A stretch of 64,000 nucleotides of DNA from a virus (Duplodnaviria > Heunggongvirae > Uroviricota > Caudoviricetes). The translations under genes and the position numbers were made by a program. The notes under the pieces are model-generated. The model worked only from the letters and a program-made list of their open reading frames with translations, made no database searches and was not told the DNA's origin. This document shows positions 1 through 10,226 of the stretch, piece after piece. Within the stretch, counting starts at the first letter, position 1. The number at the start of each line of letters is the position of its first letter. The stretch lies in the IMG/VR virus record IMGVR_UViG_3300043399_000371, positions 100,285-164,284 of that record; one strand, written 5' to 3'.

Positions 1-393
1 AAGTATAAGGGGGACTCTACAAATATATGGACGAGAAGTTCTTGGGAAACTAGAGTTATGAAGTATCTCGACACTCACCCACAAGTAATTTGGTGGTCAT
101 CTGAAGAATTGTTTATACCATATAAATCACCAGTAGACAATAAGGTGCATCGTTATTTTCCAGATTTCATTTTTGAGATAGTAGATAAACAAGGAAAGAA
201 AACAGTTCATATGTGGGAAATCAAACCCCATAAACAAACCCAGAAACCTGTTATAAAAAGAAAAACAAAACAGGCTTTACTTGAAATGAAAACATATGTG
301 GTCAATCAAGAAAAATGGAAGGCAGCAGAACTATTTTGTCTTGAGCATGGTTGGAAGTTCAGCATAATAACCGAAAAAGAGTTAGGAATTTAA
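1..393 (+). CDS. PD-(D/E)XK nuclease-fold protein, 5'-truncated (reading frame open to window start)
   Basis: Frame 1 is open from nt 1. Motif YFPDF...EIK resembles a PD-(D/E)XK catalytic core. The same Y(F/Y)PDF motif recurs in ORF 24090..24458. Confidence 0.45.
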   Translation, partial: KYKGDSTNIWTRSSWETRVMKYLDTHPQVIWWSSEELFIPYKSPVDNKVHRYFPDFIFEIVDKQGKKTVHMWEIKPHKQTQKPVIKRKTKQALLEMKTYVVNQEKWKAAELFCLEHGWKFSIITEKELGI

Positions 394-408
394 TATAAAT
401 AGTTAATC

Positions 409-1011
409 ATGGCTAAAACACTCACAGAAAGAATCAAAGAACAACTAATGAGGGAAGGTCTTGCTTTACGTTCAAATAAAGCAAGAAAATGGCTTCGTGC
501 TAAAATGCTGGAAATAAGAAATTCAGCAACCCCACCATTATTTGATGATCCTAGAAGAACAAGACTTAAAAGAAAAGTTGAGATAGGAAAAATGTACTTC
601 TTTGTCTATGATCCAAAGACAAAAGACAAACTTCCATATTATGATTTGTTCCCACTAGTAATTCCAATTGGGGAATATCGTGGTAAGGGTAGAGGGTTTC
701 TAGGATTGAACCTACACTATGTACACCCAAAGAATAGGATTGAACTGTTGGATAAACTTGAACAGATTTTGTCTAATCGAAATTATACACCACAAGCAAA
801 GTATATGATATCGTATCAGTACATAAAATTAAACAGTAGACGTTTGTTTGAAGCAGGACCATGTATAAAAAGGTATCTCGCTAAACACGTAGATTCGCCT
901 TTTTTGGAAGTTCCGCCTGATGAATGGGATATTGCAGCTATGTTACCGACAGAAGGTTTCGTCAAGAAAACAAAACATACAGTCTGGTCAAGATCAAGGA
1001 GCAAATTTTAA
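409..1011 (+). CDS. hypothetical protein (virion/baseplate module by position)
   Basis: 200-aa ORF with an RBS-like sequence upstream. Stop TAA overlaps the next ATG (TAATG). Confidence 0.5.
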   Translation: MAKTLTERIKEQLMREGLALRSNKARKWLRAKMLEIRNSATPPLFDDPRRTRLKRKVEIGKMYFFVYDPKTKDKLPYYDLFPLVIPIGEYRGKGRGFLGLNLHYVHPKNRIELLDKLEQILSNRNYTPQAKYMISYQYIKLNSRRLFEAGPCIKRYLAKHVDSPFLEVPPDEWDIAAMLPTEGFVKKTKHTVWSRSRSKF

Positions 1012-1766
1012 TGTCTTTCTCACCAGCAATATTTCTCTCACACATTAATTCAAAAGAAGGTTTAGCAAAACCTAGCAGATATGAAGTTGTTATACCGATA
1101 CCAGCATACATCAACAATTTCATAGAACAGTCATTGTTGGAACAGATTTTAAATCTACCAAACACAATAATTACTGATCTAACCAATCTAGTTAGTGGTT
1201 CGTCTTCAGCTAATCCGTCAATGACAAGATATTTGGCACTTCAATGTGAAAACGCAGAATTGCCCGGAAGATCTTTACTGACACATGAAGCTAAGGTTTA
1301 TGGTCCAACTTTTAAGGTTCCATATCAAACACAATTTCAATCAACTAGATTGTCTTTCATGTGTACCAATGACTTTTTTGAAAGAAAGTTATTTGAAAAA
1401 TGGATTCAAAGTATAATGCCATTGGACACAAATAATTTAAGGTATCCAAAAGAGGAATCTTCAAGATATCTCACAAACATAAAGATAATACAGTATGACG
1501 ATTTTGTCAAGCAAATATTTGCATTAGAATTGATAGACGCATATCCATTAACCATAGCATCGCAACCTCTTTCTTGGAGAGATGAGGGCTATCATAGACT
1601 AGACATAGAGTTCACATTCCAAAAATATAATGTGATATATGACGGAACCTATGATGTTACCGCAGCACTTACTTCTATATTTGGTGCCGGATTTGCTACT
1701 AAATTTGACCGTGCCGCAGGAAAATTTACTGGAATCGGTGGATCACTATTCTCAAAAGTTATTTAA
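1011..1766 (+). CDS. hypothetical protein (virion module); start set at TAATG overlap
   Basis: The ORF track gives 924..1766. The internal Met at 1011 is translationally coupled to the upstream stop. Confidence 0.45.
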   Translation: MSFSPAIFLSHINSKEGLAKPSRYEVVIPIPAYINNFIEQSLLEQILNLPNTIITDLTNLVSGSSSANPSMTRYLALQCENAELPGRSLLTHEAKVYGPTFKVPYQTQFQSTRLSFMCTNDFFERKLFEKWIQSIMPLDTNNLRYPKEESSRYLTNIKIIQYDDFVKQIFALELIDAYPLTIASQPLSWRDEGYHRLDIEFTFQKYNVIYDGTYDVTAALTSIFGAGFATKFDRAAGKFTGIGGSLFSKVI

Positions 1767-1784
1767 TATAAGGATGATTATAAA

Positions 1785-2519
1785 ATGAAATTACCTAAAC
1801 TTGATGTACCAATTTATGAAACTAAACTTGTATCAAACGATAAAGTTGTAAAATTTAGACCTTTTCTAATCAAAGAACAAAAGTTGTTCTTAATGGCATC
1901 ACAATCAGACGATCCTGTAGAAATCGTTAATTCTATCAAACAAGTTTTACGCAACTGTATTATTAGTGATGATGTTGATATTGACGAACTTTCATCATTT
2001 GACTTGGAATATTTGTTCCTAAACCTAAGAGCAAAATCTGTTGGTGAACTTGTAGACCTTTCATATAGTTGCAACAACACAGTAAAGAACGACAAGGGTG
2101 ATGATGTTCGTTGTGGTGGATTAGTTAAATTTCAAGTAAATTTACTTGAAATTCAGCCAACTATCCAAAGCGGCCATTCAACAAAAATTGAAATAAATGA
2201 TAAATTGGGTGTTGTAATGAAATACCCAACATTCAGTATTCTATCAAAACTTGAGAATGTTGATAATGTTGGACCAGTCGAATTGATTTTAGCTTGTGTT
2301 GACTACATTTATGATAGTGAAAACATTTACTATGCAAAAGACTTTTCAAAAGAAGAATTGACAGAATTTTTCGACTCAATGCAACAGTCAGATTTTGCTA
2401 AAGTAGAGAACTTCTTTAAAACAATGCCACGTATCACAAAGACACTAAACTTCAAATGTGGTAAATGTGGACACGAAGAAGATATCACTTTAGAAGGTGT
2501 ACAGAGTTTTTTCGGATAG
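1785..2519 (+). CDS. putative baseplate hub subunit (gp26-like), C-terminal CxxC zinc motif
   Basis: 244 aa with C-terminal FKCGKCGHEE. Lies among virion genes. Assignment is from memory of T4-like gp26 and is tentative. Confidence 0.4.
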   Translation: MKLPKLDVPIYETKLVSNDKVVKFRPFLIKEQKLFLMASQSDDPVEIVNSIKQVLRNCIISDDVDIDELSSFDLEYLFLNLRAKSVGELVDLSYSCNNTVKNDKGDDVRCGGLVKFQVNLLEIQPTIQSGHSTKIEINDKLGVVMKYPTFSILSKLENVDNVGPVELILACVDYIYDSENIYYAKDFSKEELTEFFDSMQQSDFAKVENFFKTMPRITKTLNFKCGKCGHEEDITLEGVQSFFG

Positions 2520-2707
2520 GACTTTCTCACGATAATCTAGCAAACTATTATCAAACAAATTTTGCGCTTATGCAACATCACAAATATAGCTTAACAGAAC
2601 TTGATAATATGTTGCCGTGGGAAAGGCAAATTTACTTGGATATGTTGGTTGCACACATTGAAAAAGAAAATGAACGAATAAGAAATCAACAAAAACAAAG
2701 AAGATAA
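2465..2707 (+). CDS. small hypothetical protein (true start probably internal)
   Basis: 80-aa ORF overlapping the upstream gene by 55 nt. Ends 2 nt before the 987-aa gene. Confidence 0.25.
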   Translation: MWTRRRYHFRRCTEFFRIGLSHDNLANYYQTNFALMQHHKYSLTELDNMLPWERQIYLDMLVAHIEKENERIRNQQKQRR

Positions 2708-2709
2708 AA

Positions 2710-5673
2710 ATGGCTACAAAAAAGAATAAATTGCCTACTGCAATGCAAATTGCAAGATACCATCGATTTCAAAAAGACAGAGGTTGGTTAACATCTAAAG
2801 CTTTAGCCTTTACTCAAAACATCGCACAAAATATAGACCCAAGAAATCTGATCAATGATTATGGAGAAATGAGATTATTCTTGGGAAAAAATACACTTAA
2901 GGGGTATAGAGCGCCCGGAGGATATACGAGATCACCTAGTAGAACTAGTGGTGATTCTGGTGGTCTGGGTACTCAAGAAATTGTTAACAAAATTAGTGAA
3001 CTTAATGCTGGGTTTGATCGTTTTTTTCAGAAATCAATTGACACTTCTATACACACTAAAAACGTAGCCAAACACACATCACTAATTCCAAGAATGGCTA
3101 GTGACACAAATATCACTAGAAAAAACATTCAGAAAATAGCTAAAGTTCTTGGCGCAAAGCCTACGGATAAAGCAGATAGGTATTTCCAAAACTTCGATGT
3201 GAGAGAAAGGGAATACGAATCTAAATTCAGAAGAGAAAGAGGGAGAGTAAGAGAGACTTCTACACCAAGCAGAGAAGGTGGTGACGGTGGAAGAGGTGGT
3301 GGTATTCTTTCAAAACTTCTAGGTACGCTTGGGAAAGGTGTTGGTTTAGCAGCAATTGGTGCTGGTATCGGTGGATTCCTTTATGGAATTAGTTTGGGTG
3401 TTGGTGCATTAAATAAAATGGGTGGTGCTACAGGATTAAAAGACCTATTAGTAAATTTAGCTGAAGGTTTAAAAGCCTTTGATGCTAAAGGTTTGGCTAT
3501 CATGGGAACACTTTTAGTTGGTGGTGCTTTATTTGGACGATATGCTGGAGGACCATTAGGAATAAAAACAGTCGGTGCAGCATTAGGTATTACTGCTATT
3601 GGTGCTGGTATCGGTGGATTTATGGCAGCAATGTCTTTAGCATCAACATACTCTGGTGATAATGGTAGATCAGCAAAGGAACTAATGACCAATATTGCTG
3701 AAGGTTTTAATGCTTTTGATGTCAACAGTATGATTGCTATGGGTGCCTTAATTGGTGCTGGTGGTTTGTTTGGTGCATATGAAGGAAGAAGTCTTGCTGG
3801 TGGTGATTTAAAATCACTAGGAGAATTTGGTGGTGCCGTGATGGGTATTACTGCCATAGGTCTTGGTATTGGTGGATTCATGTCAGCACTATCACAGGCA
3901 GCAAGATTGTCTGGTGATGATGGAGAATCGGCAAAAATAACAATGCAAAATTTCGCTGCTGGTATGAATGCTCTTGGTGGTGTTAATATGGCAATTCTTG
4001 GTGGAATAATGGCATTGGGTGCTGTTGGTGGTGGTATTGCTGGTGCAATGTTGGCAACCGGAAATCCATTAGGGGTTATAACTTTTGTTGCCGGTCTTGG
4101 TGGTATCGCAGGTATTGGCGGTGCTATAGGCTTATTCTTAGCTGCATTGTCTGGTGCAGCAACACTTTCTGAAGATAGGGGACAAGCAGCAAGAGATATA
4201 CTTGTTAATCTTGGTACTGGTTTAAAAGCATTTGATAGTCTTAGTGGTGAAAATATATTAAATCTTGGCAAAGGATTTAAGAGTTTAGCAGAAGGTTTAA
4301 GAGATCTATTCCTTCAAGATATTTGGAATAGAATAAGACAATTCTTCACCGGGGCTTCGGCTAAAGATACTTTCACAGCACTAGCAGATAATCTTAAAGT
4401 GTTGGAAAAAGTAAATGGAACAAATTTATTTAATTTGGGAAATGGTCTTCATCATTTAAGTCTTGGTCTGAAAAACATGGCAGCATTGACCAAAGAAGAC
4501 TTACAAAATATCAATGGTGCATTATCTACGGTTAGAGAACTTCCTTCTGCATCAACAATAGTACCAAAAGAATTGCCTCCAGCAGAAAAACCAACACCAA
4601 CAAAAACCGGATATATGAAAACATCATATGCACCAGAAGGGTCTCGTTCATATGAAGAAAAAGTTGGTGGTAGAGAATCAGAAGGAAAGTATAACACAAC
4701 ATATGGCAAAGCAGGTACTGGTGACATTAATGGAAAACCAATAACCGAAAATACTGTTGCTGAAGTTATAGCATGGCAAGATCAAATGAGAAAGACTGGC
4801 AAAAACATTCATGCTGCTGGTAAATATCAATTTATGAATGTTGGTGATGCTGCAAGATTAGCCAACATTCCTCTTGATGCTAAATTTGATTCTGCAACAC
4901 AAGAAAAGATGATGCAAGCCTACACAAAAGCAAATGCACAAACTTTAAAGAATCTCGGAATAGAACCATCAGAATCGAATTTAGCTTTGGCTCATGCTGT
5001 CGGTCCCGGAGGTGTACAAAAGTTATTACAGGCAGAAGCATCTGGTCAAGGTAATGCTATTGCTGCTGATGTTCTCGGTCTTACTGGAAATGCTAGATCG
5101 ACAAATAAACATCTAGCAAAAATGACTGTTAGTGAATATCTAAGCAAAATGAGAGGCGAACATGGTGATGGAGGAACCCCACCAGTATTAGCAGAAAAAC
5201 CAGATAGATTACCAAAGCAAGAGGAAGAAAAGAAATCTTCAATATTTTCTCTAGAAGGATTGAAAGGATTGATTCCAGATTTCTTAAAAGATTCTGCGTC
5301 TGCTGTTACTGATTATGGTGGAGATCTGAGAAATTATATATTCGGCCAAAACAATCCAGCTTTTGGTAAATTCAGTCAATTGCAAAGAGATATTGGTTCC
5401 CCAGAGAAATTGCGTGAATTTTTGGATAGTTTAACTGGTGTTGCCAAAATATCTGGTGGCGAACTTAATGAATTAACCGATATGTTGACTCAGGGTAAGG
5501 AAGAAATGATGATGAGGTCTGGTGAAAGTAGTGTGCCAATACAGAAACCAATTGCCCTACCACAAATGTCTCAAGAGAAAATAGGAGTATCTACAACATT
5601 AGCACCAGTAGTAGATACAGATCACATGAAATATTTTATGAAGTGGCAATCAACGTCGTATACATTAATATAA
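2710..5673 (+). CDS. large glycine-zipper repeat protein, tape-measure/baseplate-hub-like, with C-terminal peptidoglycan-hydrolase-like region
   Basis: 987 aa. Repeated GxxxG-rich hydrophobic blocks (AIGAGIGGF...) alternate with LKAFD motifs. The C-terminus (YQFMNVGDAARLANIP...) is lysozyme/SLT-like. Followed by a terminator. Confidence 0.55.
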   Translation: MATKKNKLPTAMQIARYHRFQKDRGWLTSKALAFTQNIAQNIDPRNLINDYGEMRLFLGKNTLKGYRAPGGYTRSPSRTSGDSGGLGTQEIVNKISELNAGFDRFFQKSIDTSIHTKNVAKHTSLIPRMASDTNITRKNIQKIAKVLGAKPTDKADRYFQNFDVREREYESKFRRERGRVRETSTPSREGGDGGRGGGILSKLLGTLGKGVGLAAIGAGIGGFLYGISLGVGALNKMGGATGLKDLLVNLAEGLKAFDAKGLAIMGTLLVGGALFGRYAGGPLGIKTVGAALGITAIGAGIGGFMAAMSLASTYSGDNGRSAKELMTNIAEGFNAFDVNSMIAMGALIGAGGLFGAYEGRSLAGGDLKSLGEFGGAVMGITAIGLGIGGFMSALSQAARLSGDDGESAKITMQNFAAGMNALGGVNMAILGGIMALGAVGGGIAGAMLATGNPLGVITFVAGLGGIAGIGGAIGLFLAALSGAATLSEDRGQAARDILVNLGTGLKAFDSLSGENILNLGKGFKSLAEGLRDLFLQDIWNRIRQFFTGASAKDTFTALADNLKVLEKVNGTNLFNLGNGLHHLSLGLKNMAALTKEDLQNINGALSTVRELPSASTIVPKELPPAEKPTPTKTGYMKTSYAPEGSRSYEEKVGGRESEGKYNTTYGKAGTGDINGKPITENTVAEVIAWQDQMRKTGKNIHAAGKYQFMNVGDAARLANIPLDAKFDSATQEKMMQAYTKANAQTLKNLGIEPSESNLALAHAVGPGGVQKLLQAEASGQGNAIAADVLGLTGNARSTNKHLAKMTVSEYLSKMRGEHGDGGTPPVLAEKPDRLPKQEEEKKSSIFSLEGLKGLIPDFLKDSASAVTDYGGDLRNYIFGQNNPAFGKFSQLQRDIGSPEKLREFLDSLTGVAKISGGELNELTDMLTQGKEEMMMRSGESSVPIQKPIALPQMSQEKIGVSTTLAPVVDTDHMKYFMKWQSTSYTLI

Positions 5674-5680
5674 TAAAAAA

Positions 5681-5706
5681 CCCCGGTTTTATCCGGGGTT
5701 TCCTTT
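5681..5706. terminator. bidirectional rho-independent terminator between convergent genes
   Basis: Hairpin aaaaaccccgg-tttta-tccggggttt flanked by A-run and T-run. Confidence 0.7.
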
Positions 5707-6609
5707 TTACTCGTCGGCTAGTGACCTAAAGTAATCCATATCGTCCTCATCTTCTGTGCTGCTTGATGCTGCCTTTCGAAGAGAACTCATCTCATCAGTT
5801 TCATTCAACCTACTAGCAGGACTAGTTGGTTTTGATGATTCTGCTTTTGTTGTTGGAACTTCACCACCAAGAACTTTATCTAGCCTTGATTTGATCTGAT
5901 CATAAGACTTGAACTTTGATGCATCAGTAAATTCTTTTAGAGAATATTCCTTCTTCCATAGTGATTCAAGTTTTGCATCATCACCATCGAATAGTGCGGA
6001 AGGTGATTCGAACTCTGACTTATCATAGTTACGATATCCTTCAACATTACGCATCTTTAGCTTAAAGTTTGCGCCTTCCCAGAAATCGAATGGGTTCAAT
6101 GGAGATTCATCAGCAAACTCAGGATTCATTGCTTCGTTGAGTTTGTCGAAAATCTTTTTGCCATACTTAAATAGCTTAACTTGTCCTTCGTTTTCTGGAT
6201 TTGCTGGATCGGAAATAATTAGTACATTTGAGATGTACGATAGCTTGCGTTTTTGTTTGCGAGCGATTTCCTTATTAGCCTCAACGCCGGAATTCCAAAG
6301 AGTGCTGTTGTGTTCGCATACTGGACATTTGCCATTAATTGTTGTTAGGCAATCGTCAATTAGCCAACCCCCCGGACCTTGAAAACCGTGCTTCCATACA
6401 CGCGCCCAAGGAAGACCTTCATCACCGTCTGCTTCAGGAGTTGGTAGGAAACGAATAATTGCCATACCGTTACCTGCTTTATCAACGCTAGGAGTCCAAT
6501 AGCGGTCATCGTCCTTTGCTGATTCGGTTGCAGGTTGGGCGGTTTGTACAATCTGCTTCTTTAGGTTATCAAAAGAAGTGTTGCGTTTTAGTTTTGCGAA
6601 AGATGTCAT
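5707..6609 (-). CDS. 32: single-stranded DNA-binding protein gp32
   Basis: AGNGMAIIRFLP, PENEGQVKLFKYGKKIFDKL and WEGANFKLKMRNVEGYRNYDKSEF match T4 gp32 blocks. Acidic C-terminus. Confidence 0.9.
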   Translation of the reverse strand: MTSFAKLKRNTSFDNLKKQIVQTAQPATESAKDDDRYWTPSVDKAGNGMAIIRFLPTPEADGDEGLPWARVWKHGFQGPGGWLIDDCLTTINGKCPVCEHNSTLWNSGVEANKEIARKQKRKLSYISNVLIISDPANPENEGQVKLFKYGKKIFDKLNEAMNPEFADESPLNPFDFWEGANFKLKMRNVEGYRNYDKSEFESPSALFDGDDAKLESLWKKEYSLKEFTDASKFKSYDQIKSRLDKVLGGEVPTTKAESSKPTSPASRLNETDEMSSLRKAASSSTEDEDDMDYFRSLADE

Positions 6610-6675
6610 ATGTTACCTCGTATAAAAAATGTATTACGGCTTGTCCACAAAAATCATTATATCATAGGTATTTAG

Positions 6676-7170
6676 CTATTGCAAATGAAGCTTAATTTTT
6701 GTTAGCGTCTCATCTGCATCAACATGAAGAAGTCCGATACCACCAGCAGCATTAAAATCATCAATAACATCTTCTGTGTCATCAACAAGAATATTGTTAC
6801 TTGCTGCATATTCTTTCTTCTTTTTTCTACCTGATACAATATTGGCATTGTATGTAATGCCTTTTTCATTCAACCAAAAGAGTTTCTGTTTCACTACTAG
6901 ATCATGGTATCGTTCACCTCCAGATGAAGAAAGAATCTCAACGTCGAAACCATATTGTAACTGAAGTAGTCTGATGTTGTCAAGGAAATATTCACCATCT
7001 TTCCACCAATCCAAGGTTTTGAACTGTTCTGTCTTTACAAATTCTTTCCATTGGGGTGAAAATAGTTTATTGTCTCTTGAGTCTTTCGGTGTTGAACTAA
7101 ACAATTCAATATATCTAGAATGAAAATCAGCAAGAACTCCATCCATATCCAAATAAATTTTCTGAATCAT
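6676..7170 (-). CDS. HAD-superfamily hydrolase (5'(3')-nucleotidase-like)
   Basis: N-terminal DMDGVLADF matches the HAD motif I (DxDGT/V). Confidence 0.55.
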   Translation of the reverse strand: MIQKIYLDMDGVLADFHSRYIELFSSTPKDSRDNKLFSPQWKEFVKTEQFKTLDWWKDGEYFLDNIRLLQLQYGFDVEILSSSGGERYHDLVVKQKLFWLNEKGITYNANIVSGRKKKKEYAASNNILVDDTEDVIDDFNAAGGIGLLHVDADETLTKIKLHLQ

Positions 7171-7754
7171 ATAAACTCCTTTATAATTTTTTTACATTGA
7201 TCCAAATCCACATGAATGAAATCCGAATACTTCATAGTTTTTCTACTAATTGAAGGCCACCGAATAGTGTCAGAAATTTTTCGATTCCATGATGGCAGAA
7301 AATTTAAAATCTTATTCAGTATACACAATGTCTCAAATGTTACTTCTGAACGCAAGACTTTATTCAGAAGTAATGGATAATCTCCATCACAGGTCAATAG
7401 TGCATTTGGATTATCGACACCAGAGAACAGTTTATCACAATCTTGCCTGAATGTATAGGTCAAAGATTCCATAATCTTTTTTCTTTTGTTGTTAATCGCT
7501 TCAGCTTCATCAGTCAAAAGATCCCCAACCCACACCTCTTCATTATAAAGAAAATTTGAAACGTAAAAATCTATTAAAACTTGCTTATCTGTATATTTTC
7601 TCGATAATTTGTAGAAATGATATTTGTCTTTGCGTTTTTCAAATGAATCAACCGAAATGTTTGTCTTTCCGTTATATTTGAAAAAGTTATAGGAGTCTGT
7701 TGAAAAATGAAGCTTAAGGGAGTGATACAACCCAAAAGCTTCATATCCGGTCAT
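7167..7754 (-). CDS. 59: helicase loader gp59
   Basis: RKDKYHFYKLSRKYTDKQVLIDFYVSNFLYNEEVWVGD aligns to the T4 gp59 block RRDKYFFQKLSEKY...AWIGD. Sits between gp32 and dsbA as in T4. Confidence 0.75.
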   Translation of the reverse strand: MTGYEAFGLYHSLKLHFSTDSYNFFKYNGKTNISVDSFEKRKDKYHFYKLSRKYTDKQVLIDFYVSNFLYNEEVWVGDLLTDEAEAINNKRKKIMESLTYTFRQDCDKLFSGVDNPNALLTCDGDYPLLLNKVLRSEVTFETLCILNKILNFLPSWNRKISDTIRWPSISRKTMKYSDFIHVDLDQCKKIIKEFI

Positions 7755-8044
7755 AGTGGTAATCTGTTTCCAGTAAATTTGATCATACGACTTTCGATTG
7801 CATCAAGTTCAATCTTTGCTTTAAGATTGTTGTTGACTAATGTAGCTGCAACCTCAAGTTCCAATCCAGTTTGATTACAATACTCTACAATAGCTTCGAT
7901 ATGGTTATAGTCTGTTTTTGATACAAGTTCATCGATAGCTTTTGCAAAATTAGACATTTCGTCTTTACTTGGCACTTTCTTGATTCCCGTAAATGAAATG
8001 CTCATCATAATCATAAAATAGATCTTCATATGGTGTATGAACAA
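7751..8044 (-). CDS. hypothetical protein (occupies gp33 position of T4 gene order)
   Basis: 97-aa ORF. Overlaps 7965..8204, so the true start is uncertain. Confidence 0.35.
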   Translation of the reverse strand: MFIHHMKIYFMIMMSISFTGIKKVPSKDEMSNFAKAIDELVSKTDYNHIEAIVEYCNQTGLELEVAATLVNNNLKAKIELDAIESRMIKFTGNRLPL

Positions 8045-8204
8045 AGATTTCTGGTTTTACAATCTTTACATCACCATCAAAATAGAATCCACAACCATGA
8101 AGAAACTCTTGAAAGAACATAATCACATCATCAATATGTTCTGCATCAAAAGTATGTTTTACTTTGGAGTCATCAAGTTCATATTTAAAAGTAAATTTAC
8201 TCAT
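7965..8204 (-). CDS. hypothetical acidic protein
   Basis: 79-aa ORF. Its start abuts the stop of the dsbA-like gene. Confidence 0.35.
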   Translation of the reverse strand: MSKFTFKYELDDSKVKHTFDAEHIDDVIMFFQEFLHGCGFYFDGDVKIVKPEIFVHTPYEDLFYDYDEHFIYGNQESAK

Positions 8205-8476
8205 TATTTCACCACCGTTTCATAAAGGGTTTCGAATTGATCTTGAACAGCAACTTCCTCATCGAAGTTCTGCTTATGATACACCTTAATCATCTTGTTT
8301 ACAAGACGTTTTGGGATATCAAGTTGTTTTGAGATCTCTTTTACTTCTTCTCGGATGAAGTCTCGTTCAGCAGAAACCCTTGTTAGTGCATCAGAACATT
8401 CCCTAATAACACCAAGGAGTTTTTTACGATCTTCTTCTGAAGAAAGTTGATTGATACTAAATTGTTGAATTGCCAT
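8204..8476 (-). CDS. dsbA: dsDNA-binding protein DsbA-like
   Basis: 90 aa. C-terminus VYHKQNFDEEVAVQDQFETLYETV matches T4 DsbA LYHKDNRDVFEAETEEVVELYDTV. Same place in the gene order. Confidence 0.65.
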   Translation of the reverse strand: MAIQQFSINQLSSEEDRKKLLGVIRECSDALTRVSAERDFIREEVKEISKQLDIPKRLVNKMIKVYHKQNFDEEVAVQDQFETLYETVVK

Positions 8477-9021
8477 TATATATTAGTTTCCTTTTTAGGT
8501 TTGTAAAAAATGTGTTTTCCGATTGTCGTTGTTTTTTTAACACTTTTCCATTTCGGATTCACATAGTTAGCATGATAAAATAATGCACCTCTAGTTGGAT
8601 CGTGCATTTCATGGTGTTTTAAGTAGACTACCATAGCGAGTTCACGGATGTAATTATAGTACCTTTCTTGGTTTAGTGTCAAGACATTTTTCGCAGTTGT
8701 CTTTTTTTCACAGACCCAAGAAAACTGACATACATTATTTCTTTTTTGTTTAATCACATCACAAACTCTACTTGGGTAATTACCACTATTTACTCGATTC
8801 ATAGTCACAAAAGCAACAGCAACTTTTCCAATATCTGGTTCATTACCAGCTTCAAAGTGGATATTATCTGTTAAGCATTCGATTTCTTTTTTAACCTGCT
8901 TGTCTAGTTGATGAAAAGAAACCGTTAGATTGTGTGTTTTACTGTCTGTCGAAGAAGGGAATGTAAATCCCATTAGGAATAGAGAAACAACAGACAGAGT
9001 AAGCAATTTGCGTAAACGCAT
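8476..9021 (-). CDS. secreted cell-wall hydrolase, SleB/CwlJ-like (Hydrolase_2)
   Basis: N-terminal signal peptide. ALFYHANYVNPKW matches the SleB-family motif. Confidence 0.55.
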   Translation of the reverse strand: MRLRKLLTLSVVSLFLMGFTFPSSTDSKTHNLTVSFHQLDKQVKKEIECLTDNIHFEAGNEPDIGKVAVAFVTMNRVNSGNYPSRVCDVIKQKRNNVCQFSWVCEKKTTAKNVLTLNQERYYNYIRELAMVVYLKHHEMHDPTRGALFYHANYVNPKWKSVKKTTTIGKHIFYKPKKETNI

Positions 9022-9123
9022 TTTGTTCCTCCGTTTTGATTGTAGTTTAAACTAAGCCGAAAATTGAATTTAGTTAAGGTTGCTCGACTAGAAAGTTTAA
9101 ACGAAGTGTAAGTATTATTTATA

Positions 9124-9864
9124 TCAATCCCAAAGTGTCTTAAAATACTTACCAAAAAGTTCCAAACCATTGTGAATCCGCTCTTCATGCCTCTTTAGAC
9201 CATCCCAATCACAAACACCTTCTTTCAACCATCGAACAGGAACAGTCTTTTGTCCTTCATCTTCTGGGTATACATTAAGGTCGAATTCTGGTGATTCAAT
9301 CCAATACTGTTTTTCCCAATCACAATCAGGCTGAAGTTGTTCGAAAGTCCAGATCAACTCATCAAGCAACCAATCATACCGTGTGTGGATGTCGCAGTCA
9401 AGCTTTTCTTTGGTTTCCTTGTAGAAATCGAAACAAGGTTGATGCCATTGCCAGTCTTCATCGTTGTCTGTGTACCTAAGATGTTCTGGCACATCTTCAA
9501 GATCAACAAAACCAGACCCATGCTTAGTTTCTTTCAACTGTTTAAGCATAGGAAGAATGATTGGGGATAATGTTGAATCAAAATTCCAAGTATCGTATTT
9601 GTCGATACGAATTTTTACTTTACGTTTCCGCTTTGATTCGATCCAAATAAGAATTTTTGCAAACCATGTGATGTGTTTGCGATCTTTTGAAAAACCTTGT
9701 GCTAGGAAATCACCAAGTTTTTCTTGGAGGCGATAGTCCCATCGATTTTTTACATTTTCATCTTCTGGATATTTTTCACACCAGAAAAAAACCATATCAG
9801 CAATTTGATATGGTCCGATATAATTTTTGTGAGGGCCGATATATACTTTCACATTAATCTCCAT
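9124..9864 (-). CDS. hypothetical protein
   Basis: 246-aa ORF. No motif recognised. Confidence 0.5.
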   Translation of the reverse strand: MEINVKVYIGPHKNYIGPYQIADMVFFWCEKYPEDENVKNRWDYRLQEKLGDFLAQGFSKDRKHITWFAKILIWIESKRKRKVKIRIDKYDTWNFDSTLSPIILPMLKQLKETKHGSGFVDLEDVPEHLRYTDNDEDWQWHQPCFDFYKETKEKLDCDIHTRYDWLLDELIWTFEQLQPDCDWEKQYWIESPEFDLNVYPEDEGQKTVPVRWLKEGVCDWDGLKRHEERIHNGLELFGKYFKTLWD

Positions 9865-10125
9865 AATGAGTGGTGGGTTATTCTGTTACGAGGAAACCCA
9901 CCGAAACCCTAAGCCGAGTTTAGGCGGCTAATGCAAATCTTTCATCGTTTGCGTTTAGTTTTTTGCTTGATTTACGGTCATCGCCTACCGTGCTGTCCAT
10001 TCCTCTACTCGTCCGTCAATCGATACCAATGCAGACCCATCAAAAACATACTTGTGATAGATTGCACTATCTTCTATTTCAACCGTTCCTTATGCCTTAC
10101 GGTATTTACGGACTAAATATGCTTT

Positions 10126-10226
10126 TGGTGGATCTGTCGGGAGTCGAACCCGAGTCTTGCCCGTCTTTGGATTTACTTCATACAGCAATATCTGAATTAT
10201 ACACCAACAGATGGATTTGTCAAGTG
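10126..10226 (-). other. tRNA-like 3' fragment (T-arm plus acceptor 3' strand plus CCA), no matching 5' acceptor
   Basis: Plus strand reads tgg-t-ggatctg-tcggg-agtcgaa-cccga. This corresponds to a minus-strand T-arm TCGGG/TTCGACT/CCCGA followed by CAGATCC-A-CCA. No complementary 5' strand was found. Confidence 0.3.

Noticed and set aside
3381-4727. Minus-strand ORFs 3381..4271 (296 aa, Pro/Ala-rich) and 4452..4727 inside the 987-aa gene
   Set aside because: They are antisense shadows of the glycine/alanine-rich repeat region (GGN/GCN codons read as Pro/Ala on the other strand).
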